Of a stretch of DNA of 27,927 nt, positions 16,783 through 24,746 are shown piece by piece. The notes below the pieces were generated by a model. That model ran no database searches. It was not told the origin of the DNA and worked only from the letters and a program-made list of their open reading frames with translations. The translations under genes were made by a program, and so were the position numbers. The stretch is from Candidatus Rokuibacteriota bacterium (lineage in GTDB: Bacteria; Methylomirabilota; Methylomirabilia; Rokubacteriales; CSP1-6): contig JACPCX010000118.1 in assembly GCA_016184305.1 (NCBI GenBank), positions 1-27,927 on the forward strand. Direction: 5' to 3'. The stretch's first letter is position 1. Each line of letters opens with the position of its first letter.

Positions 16783-17099
16783 ACCTGGAAGAGGGAGCCC
16801 ACCTTCATGGCGAGCCCCATGTCGCCCTTGAGCTTGAGCTTGCCCGACATGAAGGCCATCTGCCCGGAGAGCTTGCCGCCGACCATGTCGAGCCAGTCCT
16901 GGGAGGACATGGTCAGCGTCAGGTTCGGGTTGGCTCCGGGGCCGGCGTTCACCGCGCAGGCGCCATCCTTGATCACGGCGTGCCAGGTGCCGGCCTGATC
17001 CCCCGTGATGTCGTACTGGATCGTGGCGTTGATGCCGGCGGCCTTGCTCGGCTGGAATTTGCTGGCCATCGCGTCGAAGGTCTCTTTGACGGTGGGCAT
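16779..17099 (-). CDS. SCP2 sterol/lipid-binding domain protein
   Basis: IQYDITGDQAGTW..GKLSGQMAFMSGKLKLKGDMGLAMK; GAGGAGG RBS. Confidence 0.92.
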   Translation of the reverse strand: MPTVKETFDAMASKFQPSKAAGINATIQYDITGDQAGTWHAVIKDGACAVNAGPGANPNLTLTMSSQDWLDMVGGKLSGQMAFMSGKLKLKGDMGLAMKVGSLFQV

Positions 17100-17143
17100 C
17101 GGTGGTCCTCCTCTTCCTCGTGTGGCGTCGTTGGTCTCGTGCG

Positions 17144-17893
17144 CTAGAACGTGAACAGATCCATCCCCCCGGTCACCGTCAGCACGGCGCCCGTGATGTA
17201 GCGGGCGCGCTCGGAGCAGAGGAAGGCGATGGCATTGGCCACGTCCGTTGGATCGCCCTCCTTCTGCATCGCCACGCGCGTGACCATCCGGTCGTACAGC
17301 GGGGACAGGTTGGCATTGGGCCCGATGATGCCGGGGGCGATCACGTTGCTCGTGATGTTGTAGCGCGCGCCCTCCAGCGCCACCGACTTGGCGAAGCCCA
17401 CCACGCCCATCTTGCTCGTCGAGTAGGCGGTCTGCCCGAAGCCGCCCATGAGGCCGGCGATGGACGCCATGCAGATCACTCGCCCCCACCTCCGCTCCCG
17501 CATGCCGGGGAACACCACCTTCGTGACGTTGTAGGTCCCGGTGAGGTTCACCGACAGGTTGAAATCCCAGTCGGCATCGCTCATGTCCTTGAGCTGGCCG
17601 AGCGTGTAGATGATCCCCGCGTTGTTGACGCAGATGTCCACGGGCCCCACCTCGCTCTGCGCCTTCTGCAGCACCTCGGCCAGCTGCGGCCGGGTGGTGA
17701 TGTCCACCTCGTAGCCCCGCGCGGTGCCGCCGGCCCCGGTGATCTCCGTCGCCGTCTCCGCCGCGCCCTCGCCGTTCAGGTCGAGGACGATCACCTTGCA
17801 GCCCTCGGCCGCCAGCGTGAGGCAGTCCTGCCGGCCCAGGCTCCGCGCGCCCCCCGTGACGAGGGCCACCTTACCCCGTATCCCGAGGTCCAC
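17144..17893 (-). CDS. Short-chain dehydrogenase (FabG/3-oxoacyl reductase-like)
   Basis: TGGARSLG, NNAG, YSTSK, ITGAVLTVTGG; GTG 17893. Confidence 0.9.
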   Translation of the reverse strand: MDLGIRGKVALVTGGARSLGRQDCLTLAAEGCKVIVLDLNGEGAAETATEITGAGGTARGYEVDITTRPQLAEVLQKAQSEVGPVDICVNNAGIIYTLGQLKDMSDADWDFNLSVNLTGTYNVTKVVFPGMRERRWGRVICMASIAGLMGGFGQTAYSTSKMGVVGFAKSVALEGARYNITSNVIAPGIIGPNANLSPLYDRMVTRVAMQKEGDPTDVANAIAFLCSERARYITGAVLTVTGGMDLFTF

Positions 17894-17895
17894 GG

Positions 17896-18669
17896 CTATT
17901 TCCCTTTGAAGTTGGCGGGGCGCTTCTGGAAGAAGGCCTGGATGCCCTCGCCCGCGTCCTCGGTCTTGAGCACCTTCTCGAAGGCCCGCACCTCGATCTC
18001 GATGGCCTGATCGATGGGCGCCTGGATCCCGTCGTCCACGGCCTCGATGATGAGGCGCGTGGCGATGGGAGGCCGCTTCGCCATCTCGCGCGCCATGGCC
18101 TTGGCGTCGTCGAGCGTCTCCCCGTCCTTCGACAGCCGGTTGACGAGCCCGAGGCGATGGCACTCGGCGGCGGGGATCTGGGTGCCGAGGATCAGGTGCT
18201 CGAGCGCCAGGCCTCGGCCGATCAGCCGCGGGAGGCGCTGGGTGCCGCCATAGCCCGGGATGAGGCCCAGATTGGACTCCGTCTGCCCCATGCGCGCCGT
18301 CTCCTTCAGGATGCGGACGTGGCAGCCCATGGAGATCTCGCAGCCGCCCCCCAGCGCATGCCCGTTGATGGCGGCGATCACCGGCTTCGGGAAGCGCTCG
18401 ATACGCCGCACCACGCTGTTGCCGAAGCGAATGAACGAGCCGACGTCGGGACCGGAGAAGGCCGAGCCGAGGTCGGCGCCCGCGCAGAAGATCTTGCCGC
18501 CCGCCCCGGTGATGATGATGGACCGCACGGCGTCGTCATGCTCCAGCTCGGACAGCGCGGCGTTCAGATCGCGCATGAGCTGCTCGCTGATGGCATTGGC
18601 CGGGGGGCGGTTGAGCGTGATGACGGCGAAGCTCTCTTCGCGGGTCAGGATCAGCGTCTCGTACGGCAT
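17896..18669 (-). CDS. Enoyl-CoA hydratase (crotonase), both catalytic Glu present
   Basis: LNRPPANA, FCAGADL, GGGCEI, GQTESNLGLIPGYGGTQRL. Confidence 0.93.
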   Translation of the reverse strand: MPYETLILTREESFAVITLNRPPANAISEQLMRDLNAALSELEHDDAVRSIIITGAGGKIFCAGADLGSAFSGPDVGSFIRFGNSVVRRIERFPKPVIAAINGHALGGGCEISMGCHVRILKETARMGQTESNLGLIPGYGGTQRLPRLIGRGLALEHLILGTQIPAAECHRLGLVNRLSKDGETLDDAKAMAREMAKRPPIATRLIIEAVDDGIQAPIDQAIEIEVRAFEKVLKTEDAGEGIQAFFQKRPANFKGK

Positions 18670-18692
18670 CGCAAGTCTCTCCTTTGTCTCGG

Positions 18693-19274
18693 TTAACGGA
18701 CCGCGACGCCCTGCAGGAAGATGTCGGCGACCGCATCCGCCGTGTCCGCCAGCTGATAGCCGCGCTTGCCCAGCACCCAGGAGGTCGCCATCTGGTCCAT
18801 GGCCCCGAACAGCGTCTTCGTGGCGATCTTGACGGGGAGAGTCGGACGGAGGCGGCCCTCGGCCACCCCCTCCTCCAGCACCGACCCGATCAGGGCGAAG
18901 TAGGAGGAGATCTCGTGGGCCGAGGCGCCGCGGAAGAACTTCTGCCCCTGGCGCTGCTCGACCTGGACGACCTCCGCCAGCTCCGGGCGCCCCTCGAGCA
19001 GCTCGAAGTGCAGATGGATGAGCCGCCGCAGCTTGGCCACCGCGTCCGGCTCGTCGGCGATGGCCTTGCGCACTGTCCCCACGAACTCCGTCATCTTCTC
19101 CCGGAAGAGGGTTACGAGGATGTCGTCCTTGGTCCGGAAGTAGAGGTAGATGGTGCCCGCCGCGATCCCCGCCTCCTTGGCGATGTCGGAGACGCGGGAG
19201 TTGTAGTAGCCCTTCCGGGCGAACACCCGAACTGCGGCGTCGATGATCTGCTGGGGCTTGTCAGGGTCTCGCAT
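18693..19274 (-). CDS. fadR: TetR-family fatty-acid metabolism regulator (Bacillus FadR/YsiA-like)
   Basis: QIIDAAVRVFARKGYYNSRVSDIAKEAGIAAGTIYLYFRTKDDILVTLFREKM; heads the crotonase operon. Confidence 0.85.
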   Translation of the reverse strand: MRDPDKPQQIIDAAVRVFARKGYYNSRVSDIAKEAGIAAGTIYLYFRTKDDILVTLFREKMTEFVGTVRKAIADEPDAVAKLRRLIHLHFELLEGRPELAEVVQVEQRQGQKFFRGASAHEISSYFALIGSVLEEGVAEGRLRPTLPVKIATKTLFGAMDQMATSWVLGKRGYQLADTADAVADIFLQGVAVR

Positions 19275-19280
19275 GGCGGG

Positions 19281-19327
19281 TGACTGAACCGCCATTCATC
19301 TTATGCGGTGGCTTCGCCGCCTGTCAA
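19281..19327 (-). promoter_or_regulatory. fadR promoter and FadR-type operator
   Basis: TTGACA-N18-TAAGAT; TGAcTGA-accg-cCATTCA (19281-98) matches TGAATGA-N4-TCATTCA at 12/14 positions. Confidence 0.75.
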
Positions 19328-19355
19328 TTCGAAAGTGGGCGCGGGCCCGCCACGC

Positions 19356-19982
19356 TCAGGATTCGCGCTGGAGCAGGCTCGACACGTAGGCCCCGAGTCG
19401 GCCGAAGTCGCTCCGGGGCAGGTTCACGAAGACGAGCACCGACCCCGTGCTGCCCACGTCCCACACCACCGCTGGCAGCGTGAGCGTGGTGCCGGGTGCC
19501 GCCGGGGAGAGAGAGAGGGTCACCAGGTCCCCGGGCTGGAGCGCCAGGTCGGTCGCGACCTTGGCGGCGAACGCGCTCAGGTCTACCGTCTCGCCGCGCG
19601 CGCTGCCGTCCATCCGCTTCTCGATGCTGACCGGCACGGGGGTGTGCACGCGCGGCGCGCGCCGCCTCGCCTCCCACGACGACACGAGCGGTTTCATGCG
19701 GCGCGCCTCGGTCTCCGGCAGGCCGATGAAGTCGAGCGCGAGGTCCTCGCTGGTCCGCCTCGCCACGCGGGCGACCACCTCGAGCCGGTCGGCCCCCTGA
19801 GGGAGCACCACGCTCGCGGTCACCGCCGCGCCGACGGGCAAGTCACTCGCGGTCCGGACGCGCATCCCCGAGGTGCTGACGTCCAGGGCCTCGCCCGTGA
19901 TCACCCGCCGGTCGAAGGTCTCGATGGTCAGCGGCCAGTCCGCCCTGGCTCGCTCGGCCCCCCGCCGATCCCATCCGCTCAC
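19356..19982 (-). CDS. Tandem PilZ-domain protein
   Basis: RRGAER..DVSTSG and RRAPR..DLSAFA; GTG 19982. Confidence 0.85.
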   Translation of the reverse strand: MSGWDRRGAERARADWPLTIETFDRRVITGEALDVSTSGMRVRTASDLPVGAAVTASVVLPQGADRLEVVARVARRTSEDLALDFIGLPETEARRMKPLVSSWEARRRAPRVHTPVPVSIEKRMDGSARGETVDLSAFAAKVATDLALQPGDLVTLSLSPAAPGTTLTLPAVVWDVGSTGSVLVFVNLPRSDFGRLGAYVSSLLQRES

Positions 19983-20095
19983 GCTGGCCTTCCGGGATAC
20001 ATGGCTACCAAGACCTTGAGGTGTCCGGCCTTGCCATGTCAAGCTCGCCAGGGTGGCCGAGCAGATCATCCCCGCCTACCACTGGCGCTGACCCC

Positions 20096-21064
20096 TCAGC
20101 CCGGGCTGATGATGCGGGCCAGGACCTCGGGGTCCACGTTGCCGCCCGACAGCACCACACCCACGCGCAACCCCGTCCCGAGCGGCATCTTGCCCGCCAG
20201 CACCGCCGCCGCGGCGACGGCGCCCGTCGGCTCGACGAGGAGCTTGCAGCGGAACAGCAGAAAGCGCATCGCGGCCTCGATCTCCGCGTCCGAGACGAGA
20301 AGCACGCCGGACAGGTTCTGCTGGAGCACCGGAAAGGTGAGCGCCCCCGGCGAGAGGTTGCGGATGCCATCGGCGATGGTGGGAGGCGGCGCGATGGCCA
20401 CGCGCGCGCCCGTCTCGAGAGACAGGAATGTGTCGTTGGCGCTGTCTGCCTCCACCCCGAAGACGCTGATCCGTGGATGGAGCGCTTTCGCCACCGTGCT
20501 GCAGCCGGCCATGAGCCCACCGCCGCCCACGGGCGTGAGGAGGACGTCGAGTGCGCCGACCTCCTCGAACAGCTCCAGCGCCGCCGTCCCCTGCCCGGCC
20601 ATGATGGCAGGGTCGTCATAGGGCGGCACCAGCACCCGCCCCGTGCGTGCCACGAGGTCCCTGGCCCGCTCCTCCCGGTCCTCGGTACGGCGGTCGTAGA
20701 AGACCACCTCGGCGCCGTAGCCGCGGGTGGCCTGGAGCTTGAGCGCGGGCGCATCCGTCGGCATCAGGATCATCGCGCTGGCCCCGGTGAGGCGCGCGGC
20801 CAGCGCGACCCCCTGGGCGTGGTTGCCGGAGGAGAAGGCCACGACGCCCCGCGCGCGCTCCGAATCCGAGAGCGACAGGAGCTTGTTGAGCGCCCCGCGG
20901 ATCTTGAAGGCCCCGGCCCGCTGCAGGTTCTCGCACTTGAAGAAGACCGAGAAGCCACTGGCCTCGTCGAAGGAGCGGCTCGTCATCACAGGGGTGCGGT
21001 GGATGCGCCCATGGAGCCGCGCGGCCGCGGCCTTGACGTCGTCCAGCGTCACGATGTCGCGCAT
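20096..21064 (-). CDS. PLP-dependent Ser/Thr dehydratase / hydroxyaspartate ammonia-lyase-like enzyme
   Basis: KCENLQRAGAFKIRGA, SSGNHAQG, GGGGL, SGGNVD. Confidence 0.92.
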   Translation of the reverse strand: MRDIVTLDDVKAAAARLHGRIHRTPVMTSRSFDEASGFSVFFKCENLQRAGAFKIRGALNKLLSLSDSERARGVVAFSSGNHAQGVALAARLTGASAMILMPTDAPALKLQATRGYGAEVVFYDRRTEDREERARDLVARTGRVLVPPYDDPAIMAGQGTAALELFEEVGALDVLLTPVGGGGLMAGCSTVAKALHPRISVFGVEADSANDTFLSLETGARVAIAPPPTIADGIRNLSPGALTFPVLQQNLSGVLLVSDAEIEAAMRFLLFRCKLLVEPTGAVAAAAVLAGKMPLGTGLRVGVVLSGGNVDPEVLARIISPG

Positions 21065-21075
21065 GGGGCTCCGCG

Positions 21076-21121
21076 ATTATAGCGCCCGGCCGTTGAGAAT
21101 GCCGGGCGCCGCCCGTATACT
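21076..21121. promoter_or_regulatory. Compact divergent promoters with a central inverted repeat
   Basis: Plus: TTGAGA-N17-TATACT, 6 nt before the sppA ATG. Minus: TATAAT at 21081-76. GCGCCCGGC-N10-GCCGGGCGC at 21082-21109. Confidence 0.7.
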
Positions 21122-21127
21122 CCCGCC

Positions 21128-22102
21128 ATGCGCTCCTCCCGCCTGTCCGGCTCCGTCGCCGCGCTCCTCGCGGCCCTCGTCCTCTCCGGGTGCTCGGTGA
21201 TCTCCCTCGACCTCCAGCCGCGCATCCGCCCGCTCGTGGAAGAGACCGTGGAGGGCTCGGGCGCGGCCAAGATCGTGCTGATGGACCTCTCCGGCGTGCT
21301 GGCCGAGGACAACCCCGGGCTGTCCATCGGCACGCCGCCACCGCGGGTCCCCCTGCTCGCGCGGGTGCGCGAGGAGCTGCGGCGCGCCGACCAGGACGAC
21401 CGCGTGCGGGCCCTCATCGTCCGCATCAACAGCCCGGGCGGCACCATCACGGCCTCGGACATTCTCCACCACGAGATCTCCGCCTTCAAGGCGCGGAAGA
21501 AGATCCCCGTGGTCGCGGTGATCATGGACGTGGGCGCCTCGGGCGGGTACTACGCCGCGCTGGCGGCCGACACCATCATCGCCCATCCGACGGCCATCAC
21601 GGGCAGCATCGGCGTGGTCATGCTCACCGTGAACGCCCAGGGGCTGCTGGAGAAGATCGGCGTCGCGCCGCTCGCCATCAAGTCGGGGCCCAGGAAGGAC
21701 GCGGGCTCGCCCTTTCGCAGCCTCACCGACGAGGAGCGCGCCATCTTCCAGGGCGTGATCGACGACATGCACGGCCGCTTCGTCCGCCTCATCGCCGCCT
21801 CCCGGAAGATGCCGGAGGAGCGCGTCCGCGCCGCGGCCGACGGGCGCATCTACACGGCCGAGCAGGCGCGCGCCCTCGGCCTCGTGGACCGGGTGGGGTA
21901 TCTGGATGACGCGGTGGAGACGGCCCGGCAGGCGGCGGGGCTGAGCGAGGCGCGCATTGTCATGTACCACCGCCCGAGGGAGTACCGCGCCAACTTCTAC
22001 TCCTCGACCCCGGCCGCGCCCACGGCGGAGGCGGCCGTGGCCCACCTCGCCGGCCTCGTCGGCGGCGCGGGCCCCCGCTTCCTCTACCTCTGGTGGCCCT
22101 AG
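21128..22102 (+). CDS. sppA: Signal peptide peptidase SppA (S49), lipoprotein
   Basis: Lipobox LSGC; RINSPGG, GASGGYY, TGSIGV, IKSG..KDAGSPFR. Confidence 0.93.
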   Translation: MRSSRLSGSVAALLAALVLSGCSVISLDLQPRIRPLVEETVEGSGAAKIVLMDLSGVLAEDNPGLSIGTPPPRVPLLARVREELRRADQDDRVRALIVRINSPGGTITASDILHHEISAFKARKKIPVVAVIMDVGASGGYYAALAADTIIAHPTAITGSIGVVMLTVNAQGLLEKIGVAPLAIKSGPRKDAGSPFRSLTDEERAIFQGVIDDMHGRFVRLIAASRKMPEERVRAAADGRIYTAEQARALGLVDRVGYLDDAVETARQAAGLSEARIVMYHRPREYRANFYSSTPAAPTAEAAVAHLAGLVGGAGPRFLYLWWP

Positions 22103-22142
22103 CAGGCCGCTGAAACAGGCCCATCTGCGGAGGTGCGGCGCC
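22099..22142. repeat. Partial copy of the CTAG-anchored element
   Basis: 42/44 identical to the reverse complement of 16739..16782; overlaps the sppA TAG. Confidence 0.9.
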
Positions 22143-22199
22143 GCCGCCTGGCAGAAACCCTAAGGGAAGACGGCGGCAACGGTGCTAGCCTGGTTCTTG

Positions 22200-22601
22200 A
22201 TGGGCTCCCGGCCTCACGGACAGCGCCCGCGACGAGCCGCTCGGGGCTTCACCCTGATCGAGCTCATGATCGTCGTGGCCGTCATCGGCATCCTGGCGGC
22301 CATCGCCATCCCGCTCTACGCCAACATGCAGTCGCGGGCTCGCATTGCCAAGGCCGAGGCCGACGCCCGCACCCTCGTGTCGGCCATCAGCATGTACTCC
22401 TCGCACATGCGGACCCTGCCGTCCACGCTGGCCGACCTCAATGTCGCAACCACCAATAGCGATGGCATGGTGTCGGGGCCCTTCATGGCCTCGACTCCTG
22501 CCCCCCCCGCGGGCTGGAGCCCCTACGCCTACAGCTCCACGTCGCTGGGCGTCTTTGCCGTGACGACGAGCGGAGACACCACGACGGTCAGGCTGCCGTG
22601 A
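22200..22601 (+). CDS. Type IV pilin / pseudopilin
   Basis: [24 protein letters not shown] prepilin cleavage motif. Confidence 0.9.
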   Translation: MGSRPHGQRPRRAARGFTLIELMIVVAVIGILAAIAIPLYANMQSRARIAKAEADARTLVSAISMYSSHMRTLPSTLADLNVATTNSDGMVSGPFMASTPAPPAGWSPYAYSSTSLGVFAVTTSGDTTTVRLP

Positions 22602-22623
22602 CCCCTCGCGGACCCCGTCGTCG

Positions 22624-23319
22624 TCAGCGCGTCGGCGTCGAACCCGCATAGCCGCCCGCCCGATCCTGCTCCTGGTTCCAGCCTACCCACGCCGCTTCGG
22701 CACTGTCCCGGGTCAGGGAGCTGGCCTCGCCCGGCGCGCCGGAGCCGGGCACGGTGATCTCCTCGCCCGCCTTGACCATCCGTTCCCACTTGCGGTCGCC
22801 GGCAGAACCGGAGCAGGCCGCGACGCCGTGATACACGCGCAACAGCACCGACCCGTCGCCGTTGACGCGGAGCCCGGCGGCACCGCCGCGGAGACCCACC
22901 GTCACGGGCCCCGCCTGGACCTCGAGGGGCGCGCGCAGCGAGACGCCGGGGAGCACGGCGACCCAGACCCGGCCGCCGTCCATGCGAAGTGCGAGCGGGG
23001 CGCCGGCAGCCGGCGCATCGTCGGCGAGGAACACCTGGGACAGCGGCGCCAGCCGGAGCGCATGACCGCCCACGCTGCGGAGCGTGAGGCGTCCACCGGG
23101 AAGCGCGCGGGCACCCTCTCCCTTGGCGATCTGCGTCCGAAGCCTGGCCGGCTCCCACGCGTTGTGTGCCCTGCGATAGACCTCGACCTGGCCGCTGATG
23201 GTCGCCACCGTGAGCGGCGACTCGGCGGGCTGGGCGGACACCGCGCCGGCCCAGAGCGCGGCGCCGAGCAGCACGCCGAGGGCGACGCCAGCCAGGGGCG
23301 CGATCCGCACGCGCGTCAC
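22624..23319 (-). CDS. Exported FecR-domain-like protein
   Basis: Signal peptide; ISGQVEV..WEPA..LRMDGGRVWV..VGLRG..VLLRVYHG. Confidence 0.75.
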   Translation of the reverse strand: MTRVRIAPLAGVALGVLLGAALWAGAVSAQPAESPLTVATISGQVEVYRRAHNAWEPARLRTQIAKGEGARALPGGRLTLRSVGGHALRLAPLSQVFLADDAPAAGAPLALRMDGGRVWVAVLPGVSLRAPLEVQAGPVTVGLRGGAAGLRVNGDGSVLLRVYHGVAACSGSAGDRKWERMVKAGEEITVPGSGAPGEASSLTRDSAEAAWVGWNQEQDRAGGYAGSTPTR

Positions 23320-24098
23320 CGGCCCGTCCAGCGCGGCGGGCGCTTCTCGAAGAAGGCGGCGATTCCTTCCTTCGCGTCGTCGGACATGAAGACGAGCGTC
23401 GTCAGCTCCCGGAGGTAGCGGAGCGCCGCCCCGTACTCCATGCCGGCCTGCGCCGCAGCGGCTTCCTTGGCGATGCCGAGCGCGGTGGGCGAGAGCCCCG
23501 CCAGTGTCCGGGCCAGCGCGCTCACCGCGGTCTCCAGCTCGGCCCGCGGCACCACGCGGCTCACGAGCCCCATCTCGAAGGCCTCGCGCGCCGACACCTG
23601 CTCGCCCGTGAGGATCATCAGCATCCCGCGCTTGCGACCCACCGAGCGGAGGATGGGCGCCATGACGATGAGCGGGAGCACGCCGATCTTGATCTCCGGC
23701 AGGCCGAACACCGCATCCTCCGAGGCCACGACGATGTCGCAGCCCACGGCCAGGCCGCAGCCGCCCGCCAGCGCGAAGCCATGGACCTGGGCGATGACCG
23801 GCGTCTTCATCCGCGCCATGCCCTCGAGGATGCGCGGGAGGCCGGCGAAGGACTCGCGCGCTGCCAGGGTGGTCCCCCGATCCGCGGCGCCGCCGAGATC
23901 GGCGCCCGCGCAGAAGGCCTTGTCCCCGGCCCCGCGGAGCACGATCACGCGCGCGGCCGGGTCCGGCTCGAGGGTTCCGAGCGCCCCCTCGAGCTCCCGG
24001 ACCAGGGTCTGGCTGAGCGCATTGCGCTTGTCCGGCCGGTTCAGGGTCACCGTCGCCACGCCGTCCAGCACGTCCACCAGCAGGGTCTCGTAGCTCAC
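23316..24098 (-). CDS. Enoyl-CoA hydratase/isomerase family protein (single catalytic Glu)
   Basis: LNRPDKRNAL, FCAGADL, AGGCGL, GLPEIKIG; GTG overlaps the Nudix stop. Confidence 0.92.
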   Translation of the reverse strand: MSYETLLVDVLDGVATVTLNRPDKRNALSQTLVRELEGALGTLEPDPAARVIVLRGAGDKAFCAGADLGGAADRGTTLAARESFAGLPRILEGMARMKTPVIAQVHGFALAGGCGLAVGCDIVVASEDAVFGLPEIKIGVLPLIVMAPILRSVGRKRGMLMILTGEQVSAREAFEMGLVSRVVPRAELETAVSALARTLAGLSPTALGIAKEAAAAQAGMEYGAALRYLRELTTLVFMSDDAKEGIAAFFEKRPPRWTGR

Positions 24099-24682
24099 GG
24101 GGTCGCCTCCGCGTCGTCGAGGATGTCCAGGAACTGCTTCAGGATCCGCGCGGTCGCGCCCCACACCACGTCGGCGGCGGACACCTGGTAGAAGTGCACG
24201 GGGTGGACCTCGCCGTCCCGCTCCCACATCTCCGTGCTGAAGATGGCCGGGTCGAGCAGCCGGTCCAGCGACACCTCGATCACGCGCTCGATCTCGCGCC
24301 CGTCGGGCCGGAACTCCACGGGGCCGCGCACGATGCCCACCACCGGCGTGATCACGAACGGCGTCGCGCGGGTCGCCGTGTCGTCCAGCAGCCCCAGCAC
24401 TTCCACGGCGTCGGGCGGCAGCCGGATCTCCTCCCACGCCTCGCGGAGGGCCGTCTCCACGCGCGAGGCGTCCCGCTCCTCGCAGATGCCGCCCGGGAAG
24501 GAGAACTGCCCCTTGTGGTGCGGCACGGAGTCCGACTTCTTGGTGAAGACGATGTGGGGGCCGCCGTGATCGGTGATGGGCAGGAGCACGGCGGCGCAGA
24601 CGAGGTCGCTCCGGTCGAGCGCGATGCGGGGGCGCTCGGAGAGCGCCGCATCGAGCCGCGCGCGAAGGGCCTCGATCTCCAC
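24095..24682 (-). CDS. CoA pyrophosphatase (Nudix, NudL-like)
   Basis: AAVLLP, HKGQFSFPGG, TALREAWEEI, VWGATARIL. Confidence 0.92.
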   Translation of the reverse strand: MEIEALRARLDAALSERPRIALDRSDLVCAAVLLPITDHGGPHIVFTKKSDSVPHHKGQFSFPGGICEERDASRVETALREAWEEIRLPPDAVEVLGLLDDTATRATPFVITPVVGIVRGPVEFRPDGREIERVIEVSLDRLLDPAIFSTEMWERDGEVHPVHFYQVSAADVVWGATARILKQFLDILDDAEATP

Positions 24683-24746
24683 CCTAGGGCGCCCTGAAGA
24701 TGCGGTCAGCCTGCTCGTCGGGCACCGATGGCATGGGCGCGTCTCC

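Noticed and set aside
7589..18163. Apparent N-terminal fusions in the long ORF calls (7589..9733, 13817..16027, 16779..17489, 17144..18163)
   Set aside because: The extensions are Arg/Gly/Pro-rich off-frame readings of upstream genes; better internal starts exist
22200..23319. Pilus or secretion system locus
   Set aside because: Single pilin; no ATPase, platform, secretin or prepilin peptidase; the FecR-like gene is convergent
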